NCBI GenBank assembly: GCA_964016885.1
Contig: OZ024743.1
Coordinates: 171,058,001-171,122,000 of the forward strand
DNA from: Eledone cirrhosa
Lineage: Eukaryota
Length of the DNA: 64,000 nt
Direction of reading: 5' to 3'
Shown here: positions 12,701 to 27,485 of the stretch, piece by piece
How positions within the stretch are numbered: the first letter of the stretch is position 1
How the letters are laid out: each line of letters opens with the position of its first letter
The notes under the pieces: model-generated
Seen by the model: the letters and a program-made list of their open reading frames with translations, nothing else
Database searches by the model: none
What the model was told of the DNA's origin: nothing
Position numbers and translations under genes: made by a program

Positions 12701-13768
12701 TACGATCACTCAACCACTCTGAGCTTCTTCCTTACATATTAACTCTTCCACTCACTACCTAGTTCAACTTATAAACACACACTTTCTACCATTTTACTAT
12801 CATCTCCCTCTTGTTTATTTATTTCATTTTATTTATACCCTCCCCCATTTTCTGTCTTATTTTTAACACATCCACACCCACCACCTTCATTCTGTCTACC
12901 TTTCTTACCTCACTTCCCATTTCCTATCATACATTCCCTATCATACTTTTAACACTCACACACCCACCACCTTCATTCTGTCTACCTTTCTTACCTCACT
13001 ACCCATTTCCTATCATACTTTTAACACATCCACACCCACCACCTTCATTCTGTCTACCTTTCTTACCTCGCTACCCAGATCACTTTATGAACACATATAC
13101 TTTACCCAGATCGATTCATAAACACATACTTTTTACCACAACCGTTATAAACAATTTTTTCCCGCCTGTTTATTTTATTCTTTTATACTCTCCCCCCCTT
13201 TTCTGTCAAACTTTTAACACATACACCCCCACCACCTTCTTTCTGTTCACCCTTCTTAACCCCCCTGTTTTCGAGATCCTGATCATTTCTTCCCCCTTCT
13301 TTAACCTTACCATTTTCTACAACCTATAACACTCACATAGTCACCTTACACATATATCATTTGTTATACCCTAACACTACTATTATCCCTTCTTTCTACC
13401 TATTAGTTATACGCTTTCCACACACACACTTACCTTCCCCCCTTTTTTACGGGATTCTTATTTCTAATTTTCTGATATATTCAGAGTTACATATGAATAT
13501 ATGTTTAACTATATATACACATTTATACGTTTTTATATGTATTTATTTATAATTGAGTGTGTATTCTCACTTATTTCCATTATAATGTTTGTCTTAGATA
13601 TGTGTATACCTCTACATGCTTATGTATACGTGTGTACTTATGTGTATGTGTGTGTGTATGTAAATGTATGTATGTATATGTATGTATATGTGTGTATGTA
13701 TATGTATGTATATTTATATGCGTAGATATATATGTATATGTGTGTACATCCGTATGTATGTATGTGGA

Positions 13769-13816
<48 letters not shown>

Positions 13817-14338
13817 ACATTAACAGAGAAAGCTTTAAGCTATACTCTGACTGGCTTCCATCTCACTCAACAAACATTAGGATATACCTTAGTATAATCC
13901 CAATTTTACGTTTGGGGTGCTAACTATATGTATTTTGCGGAAGACCAGTAGTATTATTTTATATGAGACATAATTAAAATATATCTCCTTTTCCAAACAA
14001 TTGTTTCATTATAAGTTTTCTACAAGTTGGGAGAATGTGTCCGGGTTATGTAGAAGCCTTCACAACATTCCGTAGAAATATATGCAGGTGGGCACTTATA
14101 AATCATCAGTGGATGCCCGTCAAACATATATATATATATATATATTTATATTTGTATATATGTATATATCATATATATATATATATATATATTTATATCT
14201 GTAATTCATTACTTGTGTTCTTGTTCTTACCCTTATATTTGTATCTGTATATATGCCTGTGATTATATGTATGTGTATGTGTGTATATATACAGATTGCT
14301 TGTATGTGTGTATAAATGTGTATGTGTGCCTATATATA

Positions 14339-14375
<37 letters not shown>

Positions 14376-14376
<1 letters not shown>

Positions 14377-15643
14377 CATCATCATCGTTTAACGTATATC
14401 TTCCACGCTAGCATGGGTTTAGACGGGGATTGTCCCACTTGAGGCAAGATTGGTCGTCTCGCTCGTATAGGACTGTCTGGCAGGTTTTCTACGGTTGGAT
14501 GCCCTTCCTAACACCAACCACGTTTACAGTATGGACTGGGAGGTTTTTACTGTGTTACCTACACAGCCGCATTACAGCGTGGACTGTGTGTCGTGACACC
14601 TACACGACCTCATTTATTTAGGACTGGATGTTGGGGTACCAACATAATTTAAGAGAGAAAAGGGTGGTGTTGATGGCGGTATGGGGTGGAGTGGAGTAGG
14701 GGTAGGGGGATGAAGGTGTATATTTGGTTAAGAGGTGCCTACTGACTGTAGGTTTCGCTTTGTACATAGGCAAGGCAGATCTCGGTCCAGTGACATTGTC
14801 TTGGAGAGGTGTAAGTGTGTGAGGTCGGAATTTATCAAATCGTCCTAGGTTTTTCTGGATCTGCCTACTCCCTAACTTCCATCAATTTTGATCGCCCTGC
14901 ACTTTTTTATACAACTGTCGTCTTTTATGCGCATCACGTGACCATACCAACGCAGTCTTCTCTCGAGTAAACAGCATCTGATCCCTCTTATTCCTAATTT
15001 CTCACTTAGTTCAGTTATGCTTTGCCGTTCACGTATATTACTATTACACATCCAACGGAGCATGCATGCTTCGTTCCTCTCCAGTCTGCGCAGATCCTCT
15101 GCACACAATGCCCATGTCTCACTACCATGTAACATTGGTGTTCGCATGCAGGCATCATACAGCCTGCCTTTCATTTTTAGAGAGAAACCTTTAGTGGCCA
15201 ATAGTGGTTTAAGCTCTCTGAACTTTTTCCATCCCGTTCTGACTCTAGTTACTGTACTTTCAGAGCACCCCTCCATCACTGCTGATTTTGTCACCCAGGT
15301 AACGGAAGGTGTCCACTATTTCTATAGAACCATCTGGGCAATAGAAGGAGCTAGTATTCTGTGGGCACTTGCTACTTATTGCACCTGAGCACCGACCTCA
15401 TAAAATCTACGTTCTTAGATAGCTTACCTGTGATCCCACTACATCTTTTATGTACCCATACTTTGCATTTGGGACATAAATGGAATTTCTGCCTAATCCT
15501 TTCCTACACACTGAGCATGGCCATTTCCCAGAGGGGACCTGTGCCCTATTTTCCTTCCTACCTACTAGAACTTTAGTCTTAGACATGTTAACTTTAAGGC
15601 TTTTTGATTCTATGCCATGCTTCCATGTTTGGAATTTCTTCAT
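14376..15643 (-). mobile_element. RTE-clade LINE 3' fragment with (ATG)n tail
   Basis: LKVNMSKTK, KGRLYDAC...MLHGSETW, RRLRWYGHVMR; CATCATCATCGTTTAAC tail at 14376-14392. Confidence 0.88.
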
Positions 15644-15899
15644 ATATATATAGTTTTGTATATGTTCGGGGATGTGTGTGTAGATATATATTTGTGTGTG
15701 TGTATGTATGTATATATGCAGTTTGTACGTACGTATGCGTATTTATATATATGTAGACATATCTATATGTGTCTTTGTATTTGCGTATGTATGCATATGC
15801 GTGTGAGCATGTTTGCTTTTATGTCCTCTTACGTATATATGTGTGTGTATATATGTATGTGCGTATATATATGAATACATATATATATATGTATATATA

Positions 15900-17160
15900 T
15901 CTATACTATAAATCTGACGGTCGTATGTAAGTAACAAACTTTCCACCAAACGGCTGGACCAAACAGCACCAAATTTGCACCATAGACGTAACTTTTTTCA
16001 AGTAAAAAAGTGAGGGTATTTTTGTCTACTGAATTTTGTTAAAAGATTAAAGACATTATTTAAATATTCATTTCTTTAAAATTTCAAATGTCAACACTTC
16101 CGGTTATACGTCATTCCTCACTTTTTATTATGACGTCGCACAACATTCCCCTCTTTTCTTAGTCTGTATGTTTGGCAGTCTGCATTAGATAACGTTTTTC
16201 GAAATATTTACTTCTGCGTTCAGAGACTGATTTTTTTATTTTCAGAAGATCTCGTTAAGGGTGAAAGCAACAATTCTTTGCTTAAACTTTAATCTGTTAT
16301 TTTAATATATATATTCGTGTACAGATATTTTTGCATACACAAAAACAAAAACCTATTTATTTCACGAAAGCACAGACGGCTTATCGTCATTGTTACTGTT
16401 CGAGGTTAGAGGACCAGAGTCTTTCCAAGATCTGAGAACCATCAATGTTCCACTTACCGTTTGGCTTGCCAGATGCGTGGTATGTTACACGATGACAGCC
16501 ATTGGCACCTCACCCTGCAAGAAGCAACAACTGCTAAAGTCCCTGCTCAGCTGCGAAAACTTTTTGCTATTATGCTGCACAACTGCGATCTCGCCGACAC
16601 ACTCGCATTGTGGAACAACCACCGCGAAACTCTAGCTAAAGATATCCTCCACCTCACACGCAGACACAATCCGAACGTAACATACGATATCGTTTTCAAT
16701 GAGGCGCTCATTTGTCTTGAAAACAGTGTCCTGGAGATTGGAGGTATGCCTCTAAGTCACTACAGCTTACCTGCTCCTGACAGGGTGTCCAGAGGTCAAC
16801 GTCTACAGAGCTTCTCCGCGAGACGAGCTACGAAATCAGTGATTCCCCCATGGTCAATTGCATGTAGGATGCTCTAGGGTTAGCTCGCAACCAATCTCTT
16901 CATCTTTGCTACGGAAGGCCGAACAAAAAATATTGTATACTCTGAGGCTCTAACAGTGTAATTTAAATATTTTCTGTTACTTGGAATTTCCATTATGGTT
17001 GTACAAATTATTGTTTGTTAAAAGATTTGTTCTCTGTTCAGCCTTTATTGTTGTAACTATCAATTTTCTTTCACGTACTGGCTGCTGAACTGGGGAATCC
17101 TAAAAACTATTCAAACGCAACAACAGAGCACGTTAACTCCCCCCTCCCCGCGCCCTTATA
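15900..17160 (+). mobile_element. Internally deleted Helitron, copy 1
   Basis: 5' TCTATACTATAAA; RepHel remnant (VRGPESFQDLRT, LHDDSHW..TLQEA, QLRKLFAIML) fused to the Pif1-type helicase C-terminus (HGQL). Confidence 0.85.
16390..16960 (+). pseudogene. Helitron RepHel fragment
   Basis: Frameshifted ORFs 16390-16635 and 16461-16877 carry Helitron helicase-upstream motifs. Confidence 0.85.
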
Positions 17161-17239
17161 ATACCTGCCTGTCTGGCTTCATTGACTTCGCTGCAAACCA
17201 ACTTTTAATTAATTATATATATATAATTATTCGTGGAGA

Positions 17240-17803
17240 TGTTTTCAACAATAATACTGTACTACATATTTACAACAGTAATACTATATCTTTTCAACAG
17301 TAATACTGTACTATATATTTTCAACAGTAATGCTGTACTACACTATTTATATTTCAACAGTAATACTGTACTGTACTATATATTTTCAACAGTAATACTG
17401 TACTATACATTTTCAACATTAATACTATACTATACTATATATTTTCAACAGTAATACTATAATATATATTTTCAACAGTGATACTATACTATATATTTTC
17501 AACAGTAATACTATACTATATATTTTCAATAGTGATACTATACTATATATTTTTATCAGTATACTGTACTACACTATATACTTTCAACAGTAATAATGTA
17601 CTGTACTATATATTTTCAACGGGTAATACTGTACTATATATTTTTAACAGTAATACTGTACTATATATTTTCAACAGTAATACTATACTATATTTTTTCA
17701 ACAGTAATACTGTACTATACTATATATTTTCAACAGTAATACTGTACTATACTATATATTTTCACCAGTAATACTGTACAATATATTTTCAACAGTAATA
17801 CTA
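17240..17803. repeat. 27/32-bp minisatellite (TATTTTCAACAGTAATACTGTACTATA)n
   Basis: Tandem units visible; same unit at 19958-20404. Confidence 0.95.
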
Positions 17804-19020
17804 TCTATACTATAAAGCTGACGGTCGTATGTAGGTAACAAACTTTCCGCCAAACGGCTGGACCAAACAGCACCATAGATGTAACTTTTTCCAAGTAAAA
17901 AGTGAGGGTATTTTCGTCTACTGAATTTTGTTAAAAGATTAAAGACATTATTTAAATATTCACAAGGGCGGTGGGTTGGCAGTATCGGTAGAGGGTCGGA
18001 CGCCATGCTTTCCAGCATAGTTACGTCCCTTTACAATCTGAGTTCAAATCCCGCCAAGGTTGACTTTGCCTTTCATCCTTACGGGGTCGATAAAATAAAG
18101 TACCAGTAATGAACTGGGTAATTGCTGGCCTTATGCCTAAAGTAGAAACAATTATTTAAATATTCACTTCTTTAAATTTTTCAAATGTCAACACTTCCGG
18201 TTATACGACATTCCTAACGTCTTCACAAAACAAAGTATCATCTTCCTGTTTTCTTTCGGTTGCAACGTTTTTCCAAATATTTACTTCTGCGTTCACAGAT
18301 TGATTTTTTTTTAATTTCAGAAGATCCTGTTAAGGGTGAAAGCAGATTCTTTGCTTAAACGTTTCGGATATAGATATTTTTGCATGCACAAAAACAAAAT
18401 ATAAACAAACGTATTTATTTCACGAAAGCACAGACGGCTTATCGTAATTGTTACTGCTGATATGCCACCCAAAATGTCCTAGCCTGGCCGCAAGATCAGA
18501 TTTTCCAGAAGAAAAAATGTTACTAGAGCAACAGAGAGACTAAGCTTCGCGATTACCATCAAGAAAACCCAGGGTCAAACCCTAAAAGTGGCTGGCCTTC
18601 ATCTGGGAATACCCTGGTCAATTGTATGTAGGATGCTCTAGGGTGAGCTCGCCAAACAATCTCTTCATCTTTGCTCCCGAGGGCCGAACAAAAAAATATT
18701 GTATACTCTGAGGCTCTCTAACAATGTAATTTATGTATTTTCTGTTACTTGGAATTTCCATTACGGTTGTACAAATTATTGTAAAGTTTGTTAAAAAATG
18801 TGTTCTCTGTTGAACCTTTATTGTTGTAACTGTCAATTTTCTTTACCGTACTGGCTGCTGAACTGGGGAATCCTAAAAACTATTCAAACCCAACGTCAGA
18901 GCACGTTACCCCCCGCCCCCTCCCGCCACCATTGCTGAGTTGAGAGGACGTGCAGTATCTTTGTACTGGAGTGGAGGGGGATTCCTGAAAAGATAAAATG
19001 CCGGTAAACCTAGCCGCATA
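17804..19020 (+). mobile_element. Internally deleted Helitron, copy 2, with SINE insertion
   Basis: 5' TCTATACTATAAAG; colinear with copy 1; RLSFAITIKKTQGQTLK helicase remnant; 3' region matches 22105-22195. Confidence 0.85.
17966..18153 (+). mobile_element. tRNA-derived SINE with about 17-bp TSD
   Basis: ATTATTTAAATATTCAC on both sides; empty site seen in Helitron copy 1 near 16055. Confidence 0.93.
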
Positions 19021-19088
19021 TATAGAGAGAGAGGGGGGGGGGGATAAAGAAGGATGAGAGGAAGGAGAGAAGGAGAAAAGAAACCTAC

Positions 19089-19199
19089 AATTGTTTCTAC
19101 TTTAGGCACAAGGCCAGCAATTACCCAGTACATTACTGGTACTCTCTTTTATCGACCCCGTAAGGATGAAAGGCAAAGTTAACCTCGGCGGGATTTGAA
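19089..19199 (-). mobile_element. tRNA-derived SINE, 5'-truncated
   Basis: Reverse complement of the SINE 3' two-thirds. Confidence 0.9.
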
Positions 19200-19798
19200 A
19201 AGAAACGTACAATGAAGAACATCTGAAAGTTTACACAAGCCAACTGTTGTATTTATTAACATTTCTATCTGCAGGTTCTTAGCAAGCTTACTGGCGCTTT
19301 AGTATGGTATTCAATTTTCATATCGTTTTTGATTGATATGGTGCATATATCGCAGCTATTCATATGTTTTAAACATTAGATAACGATTGCTTATGTATAT
19401 TGTACGACAGAATTGGTTGAAAAATATTTTGAATGAACAAATAAAAGAGATGTTTGTTGGTTGGTTTCTTCGCGTATCACACGAAAAAAAAACGAAAATT
19501 GACAATAGGAAAGTATGTACAGGATTGGAATAAGAGTATATCCAGGAAAGTTTATTGATACTAATTTTATAACACCAAAGAAGAAGAAAGACATACCACG
19601 TATGCTAACCAACCTGACTGCTATTTTTAGCACGTTGGGAATCAACCATAAGGGATTCTCTCTGCGAGTTCGTTGTTAGTGATGATCGTGTTTCGCGGCC
19701 TATGTCTCCGATTCCAACAGTGGTTTACACACACACACGGACACTCACACAGGCGCACACACACACACACACAGGCACACACACACACACACACACAG

Positions 19799-19856
<58 letters not shown>

Positions 19857-19957
19857 TGTAAACAAGACAATGCATTCAATACAGACGTTTTCTCTTCTTC
19901 CGGTCTTCTCTTATCATTTGTTAACCTTGGCGACGCTGAGTGCTTCAGCTAGAACTA

Positions 19958-20404
19958 CTTATTTTCAACAGTAATACTGTACTATATATTTTCAACAGTA
20001 ATACTATACCATATGTTTTCAACAGTAATATTATACTATATATTTTCAACAGTAATACTGTACTATACTATGTTTTCAACAGTCATACCATACTATACAT
20101 TTTCAACAGTAATACTATACTATATATTTTCAACAAGAATACTATTCTATACTATATATGTTCAACAGTAATACTATATACTATGTGCGTACTTCAGCTA
20201 GTACTATATATTTTCAACAGTAATACTGTACTATATATTTTCAACAGTAATACTATACCATATGTTTTCAACAGTAATATTATACTATATATTTTCAACA
20301 GTCATATCGTACTATACTATATGTTTTCAACAGTCATACCATACTATATATTTTCAACAGGAATACTATTCTATACTATATATTTTCAACAGTAATACTA
20401 TACT
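19958..20404. repeat. 27/32-bp minisatellite, same family as 17240-17803
   Basis: ATTTTCAAC recurs at 19961, 19988 and onward. Confidence 0.95.
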
Positions 20405-20535
20405 ACACAGACGGCTTCTCGTCTGTTTATCCAAGCGAAGCTAGGTACGTCAGCTATACAAATCTATATCTGGATGCCGTAGAACACGCCAATGGTAGCC
20501 GGGCGGGCCAGCTAGTATATATATATAATTATATA

Positions 20536-22065
20536 TTCGTGTACAGATATTTTTGCATACACAAACACACAATACATTGGAAAACAGAATTACAAACACA
20601 AAATATAAACAAACATTGTATTTATTTCGTTAACTACGCAGCGATTTATTTACATTTAGTTCGACTGTACGAAAGCACTGACGGCTTATCGTCATTGTTA
20701 CTGCCGATATGCCACCCAAAAAGTCCCGGCCTGGCCGCAAGATCCGATTTTCCCGAAGAAAAAATGTTAAAGCTCTGCAATGGCACACAACTTGCAGTCA
20801 AGCAGATGCTGTGTGATGTCATTGAAGCCACAATCACGACTGCAGTTGATAGGGGAGATGTATTTATTCCTCGCATCCCGTTGCTGCCAGCCGAATTACC
20901 CTTGAGTTCAAGCGACTTCAGTTTCCAATAAGACTAAGCTTCGCGATTACCATCGACAAAGCTCAGGGTCAAACCCTAAAAGTGGCTGGCTTTCAGCTGG
21001 GAAAACCATGCTTCTCCCATGGTCAATTGTATGTAGAACGCTATAGGGTGAGCTCGCCAAAGAATCTCTTCATCTTTGCTCCCGAAGGCCGAACAAAAAA
21101 CATTGTATATTCTGAGGCTCTAACAATGTAATTTATGTATTTTCTGTTACTTGGAATTGGAATTTCCATTACGGTTGTACAAATTATTGTAAAGTTTGTT
21201 AAAAAATGTGTTCTCTGTTCAGCCTTTATTGTTGTAACTATCAATTTCCTGTAACGTACTGGCTGCTGAACCGGGGAATCCTAAAAACTTATCAAACCGA
21301 ACATCAGAGTACGTTACTCCCCCCCTCCCCCATCTTGCGTAATTGATGGGGTTGTCTATTGTGTGCGTGTGTGTGTGTGTGTGCGCGTGTGTGTGTGTGT
21401 GTGTGACAGGGTTACAATAGGACGGCCAGGCGAATATCAAAGATAATTGGGTTCAAAGGATCAGGGGAAGGAATTAGACACGCGTCCAAGGGGTCAGGCA
21501 AGCTGGCGCTAACTTTCAGGGGAGATTGACGACACGTGCGTGAGGTGGAATCTGCACGCCGCAGTGAACTATAATTATAAACACACTAAGATTGAATCAC
21601 CACAATAGCTTTCCCCCTTAGCTCCGTAGTCGGAAGATAGTGCAGGAACGTATCTCTTATTGAAAACCACACACTTGCCACTAGCATTTCATCCAGATTT
21701 ACATAGAAAGAAGAGATGGGCATGTTTATTGGAGGGGGAAATATAGGTCAGTGAGGGTCATACTGGTAACAACGGGGAGCATGAAGACAATCAAGTAGCG
21801 TGTTGACGCATTCAGCCGAAATCACCATTATATTCCTTGCTATGTTAATTGCCAGGACATTAAACTAGCAGGCCCAGTCGGATAGCGCCTGCATCAGATC
21901 TTTTAGAAAGTCCTCACAACCAGTGTGACAATAGCAGGATTGTGGCAAAACTAATGGTCCAAAACCGCAGTTGTAACTTTTACGGAATCCAGTGATTATG
22001 GTCGTTGAGCATTCCAGTGGTGGTGGTGGTATTTTCAACGCGTTAGAAATGAGTTACCACAATAG

Positions 22066-22096
<31 letters not shown>

Positions 22097-22204
22097 TCAT
22101 ACGACAATGTGACTTGAGAGGGCGTGCGGTATCTTTGCACTGGAGTGGAGGGGGCTTTTTCTGAAAAGATAAAATGCCGGTATACCTAGCCGAGTGCCAG
22201 CTAG
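20536..22204 (+). mobile_element. Helitron copy 3 (5'-truncated) with about 740-bp insertion and CTAG 3' end
   Basis: KLCNGT, VFIPRIPL, QFPIRLSFAITIDKAQGQTLK, CFSHGQLYV (Pif1 helicase); ends ...GCCAGCTAG followed by T. Confidence 0.87.
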
Positions 22205-22207
22205 TGT

Positions 22208-22293
<86 letters not shown>

Positions 22294-22397
22294 GTATATG
22301 TATATATATATGTATATATATATATATATGTGTATATATACATATATATATGTATATATATATGTGTATATATATATATATATGTTTATATATATAC

Positions 22398-22470
<73 letters not shown>

Positions 22471-22613
22471 ATATATAAGATCAAAAGATGGTTAAAAGAG
22501 TTCCATGTATTTTATTATGCATGCAATAACATTTGCGTTTTCGTCAGATAAAATAGGGAGACATGATATGAAGGTTAAAACACACTTGTGAATAGTGCAG
22601 TTTTATTCATATG

Positions 22614-22677
<64 letters not shown>

Positions 22678-22678
22678 C

Positions 22679-22741
<63 letters not shown>

Positions 22742-22776
22742 CATATATATATACATATATATATGTATATATATAC

Positions 22777-22807
<31 letters not shown>

Positions 22808-22809
22808 CA

Positions 22810-22896
<87 letters not shown>

Positions 22897-22900
<4 letters not shown>

Positions 22901-25851
22901 AATTCATTGAGGATTGGGTTGGTAACCATCCATTTCGCATCCCCTTCTTCATTCTTACTGAGACCCACCTTAACAACTACCACTTGGAGGCCGAAGTAAG
23001 AGTGAGAAATTTCACAACCATCCGTGCAGATCGTGTTGGCAGAAGGAAGGGTGGAACTGCCATTTTCCTGCATCATTCCTTTACGGCAGATGGCAACACA
23101 ACATTCTCTAATGGTTACTGTGAATCAGTCACTGTGCACAATAAAGCCAATGACCTGATATTAGTTGGGCTCTATAGGCCGCCACAAACACCCATAATCT
23201 GTTTCAAAGAATGCCTCAACAGTATTAAATGCTTTATCAAACAGTGCCATTCTAGCAACATACTTTTGATGGGAGACTTTAATCAACCCTGTGTCGATTT
23301 GTCTACATGTAGTTTGAAACCAGGCTCCACAGCCTCAACCACTGACAAAGAGGCTGTCGAGTCACTTCTTAACTTCATGAATGAGTTTTTCTTGTCACAA
23401 CTTGTCCTTGCACCAACGAGGCATCAGAAGAACATTCTGGATCTAGTGTTTAGTAACCACACTAACACTATACATAATATTACAGTCGAAAAAACCCTTC
23501 TCTCAGACCATGACATGGTTCTTTGTAACCTGAGATTCCACCAGCCGAAAGCTAATCCCAGGGTCCTCTCTCCAGCTCACCCATTTGATAACATGGATCT
23601 CTACAATGCCAACCGGGATGCAATTATGAATGAACTATCACATGTCGACTGGTCTTTTACACACGCACACACTTCCACCAACATCAAAAGATCTTGGCAG
23701 ATCTTTGTAGACATTGTCACAAATATATGTACAAAACACACCCCACCAAAACCTGTGAAAAAACCAAGTGCAGTATCCCCCAAAACAGAAAAACAATTAT
23801 CAGAAAAAGAAAAAGAACAAACAAAAAAATTAACACACTAAAATACTGCCAACAGCAACACACACATTCAATGGCTATCACCCTGCTTGAGTCAAAAAAA
23901 TATAACCTCCAGCAATGCATGATGACCATCATCAATAACCAGAGAATAGCTGAAGAGAGGTGGGCCATTGAGAAAATAAAACTCAACCTCAAAGTGTTCT
24001 TCTCATTCGCTAAAAAACACAAGGTCACCGTCTCCACTGTTGGCCCCCTAGTTGATGAAAATGGCACACTCCAGGACAATGCCAAAACCATGGGCGAGAT
24101 ACTGCAGAAACAATACTGCTCTGTTTTCAGCAACCCAGATATGGCCGATCTGGGCCGTGTCAGTGATATTAACCCCCAACACACTATATCAAAGATAACG
24201 TTTGGCGCCCCTGATGTCTTAGCGGCAATAAATGAAATTAAACACAATTCAGCAGTAGGCCCCGACAGGTTCCCTGGTTGTGTCCTGAAGGTGTGTCGAC
24301 ACCAACTTGCAACTCCTCTTGCTAATCTGTGGAGGAATTAACTGGATACTGGCTATATTCCTGAAAACTTTCTGTCCCAGTCTTCAAAAAGGGAAATAAA
24401 TCCCTTGCTGTGAACTACCGTCCGATCTCACTCACCTCTCATATTATCAAGGTATTTGAGAGGGTAGTGAGATCACGAATAACCCACTTTCTTGAAAGCA
24501 ACCGCTGCTGAACTCCAACCAACATGGGTTCCGTAATGAAAGGGACTGCCTAACGCAGCTCCTGCATCACTTTGACGATGTTTTGAGAGCCTTGGGAGAG
24601 GGCTCCAACACTGATGTCATCTACCTTGATTTCAGCAAAGCCTTCGACAGGGTTGATCATAAGATTCTACTGAAAAAACTATCCAATGTTGGTGTCTCTG
24701 GAAGGTTACTACAGTGGATCAAATGTTTCCTGACAGGCAGAACCTAGCATGTTGTAGTTGAAGAAGTAAAATCAAGCCCTGCCAAAGTCCGCAGTGGTGT
24801 CCCACAAGGCACTGTGTTGGGCCCACTTCTTTTCATCATCTACATTACTGACATTATCAAACACAGTAACATCAGAATCTTCGCAGATGATTGCAAGCTC
24901 CAAAGGGTCATCAATGAGGTGGGTGACCGGACTTGCCTGCAGTCAGACCTACTGGCTGTTATCCAATGGGCAGAGATGAATAATATGCTGTTGAATGAGG
25001 ATAAATTTTAACTAATCCACTTTGGAAAAAAGGATGCTCTGAAACTACCATACTCTCTTCCTTCGGGTGAAACCCTGGTGGCTTCCAATAACATCAGAGA
25101 CCTGGGAGTAATTGTGGTCAACAATATAAGCTGGGCCACTCATATAAACAGCAAAGTTGATATGGCCCGCAGAATGTGTTCCTGGATTCTCAGAACTTTC
25201 CAGTCGAGAGATATCCACACTGTTGTCCTTCTCTTCTCCACCTTTTCCCGACCCCACATTGAATACTGTTGTCCACTGTGGTCACCCCACACGAAACAAA
25301 GTATCATGAAAGTTGAAGCACCCCAAAGGTCAATTACAAAAAAGATAGTTGGCATGACAGGCCTTGACTATTGGGGACGATTAGAAAAGCTCAAACTTTA
25401 TTCTCATCAACGTCGCCATGAGCGCTACATTATTTGTATGATGTGGAAAATATTCCATCAGCTTAGCCCAAATGATGTTGGCATCATCTTTAGTGTACAC
25501 CCAAGGCTTGGGCCTCGTGCTATCCGCCTAGGACAAAAATCCTACTCGCATCACATGACAACAATACGGCACAATTATTTCACCTCAATTGGCCCTGCAC
25601 TCTTTAACATTACACCAAAACACATCAAAGCAGAGACAGACCCCATGAAGTTCAAGAAGTCTTTGCATAAATTCCTTCAAGAAATCCCGGATAAGCCTCC
25701 TACACCCGGATATGCCTCTGTAAACAATAACTCTCTGCTCGAGTGGGCCATGGTGCCCAAACACTGATTTGTAAGACTTCGCCAGGTGGTGCTATTAAGT
25801 TAGACATGGCCTGGGCCAATACTGGCCGAAACCTATCAAAGTTATCAAAGT
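22897..25851 (+). mobile_element. CR1/L2-group LINE ORF2 (APE endonuclease + RT), disrupted
   Basis: [27 protein letters not shown] (APE); NYRPISL, QHGF, YLDFSKAFD, GVPQG, FADD (RT); (TATCAAAGT)2 tail; stops and frameshifts. Confidence 0.92.
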
Positions 25852-25875
25852 ATACATATACATATATATACACAC

Positions 25876-25975
<100 letters not shown>

Positions 25976-26416
25976 GCAGCCCTGTTTTTCCACATGTGCG
26001 TTTTATTTTCATAATCATGTTAAACTAGCCTGCTTTTAAATTCCCTTTTTGGCATATTAATCAGTGAGATTTTGGCTATCGTGTTGAGCTCTGCTGACGA
26101 TCGAATTCCAACCGTGACCATCCCCACTGAAAGTTTTCGTGAAATAGTATTTTCAAGACTATACAGAGCATTTGTAGTTGTTCCAAATTGAAGGATGAGT
26201 ATTTTAAACTTTATTTTATCATGAGTTAAGGCTCTATTGATTTTCCCTGGATTTCACTAAATTCTGTTGGATAAATCTATATCCTGATTCTTTTTGAATT
26301 GAGTTTGAATTATTTTTCCCACATCTTACGTTAACTCTTTTCCCATTTTGACGCTATAGTCACTTATATATTATGGAATACTGTTGTCTTCTTGCTACAA
26401 TACTTTCTATACCTTT

Positions 26417-26900
<484 letters not shown>

Positions 26901-26994
26901 ATAAATAGTAATAATAATAAATTTGAAGACTAAAATCCAAAGAAGGCTCGATAAGGATAAATATATATCAAATATATAAGAACCGGTAGCCACA

Positions 26995-27485
26995 CCATTA
27001 GCTAAGATCTTCCTCTCCCTTATTACGAAGCATTTTCCCCCTACACATAAATATAATAAAATGTTTAATAGAAATAATATTAAAATTTCTTACTCTACGA
27101 CTCCTAACCTTGCACATAACATCACAGCTTCAAATTTAGCTAAACTACCTAGCCGTAAGAACGCGTGCAACCCTGTAGTTAGTACTAACTGTAATTGTAG
27201 GAATCGGGTTGACTGCCCCCTATCCGGGAAATGCCTCTCTAGTAACATTGTCTACAAATGTAAGGTTGAAACACTCACGTCCCGTCGGGCCTACATAGGG
27301 TTAACCGCCAATAGATTCAAGCAGCGTCTTTACATGCATACCCATTCTTTTCGTTACCCTCTAAGAAGGAATATGACGTCACTTTCAGCTTATATCTGGA
27401 GTCTAAAAGACAACCACACCCAACATAAGTTACACTGGGAGATCCTAGCTAGGGCTAGATCGTATAACGGAAATAAAAGACCATG
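26995..27485 (+). pseudogene. PLE (Naiad-type) linker + GIY-YIG fragment
   Basis: [50 protein letters not shown]. Confidence 0.88.

Noticed and set aside
19265-19680. Possible host exons (acceptor-like TCTATCTGCAG; short open frame near 19510-19680)
   Set aside because: No recognisable protein motif and no convincing donor sites; needs RNA-seq or homology evidence.
26090-26150. CTGACGA...GAAA hammerhead-like motif
   Set aside because: No stem II or stem I pairing found.
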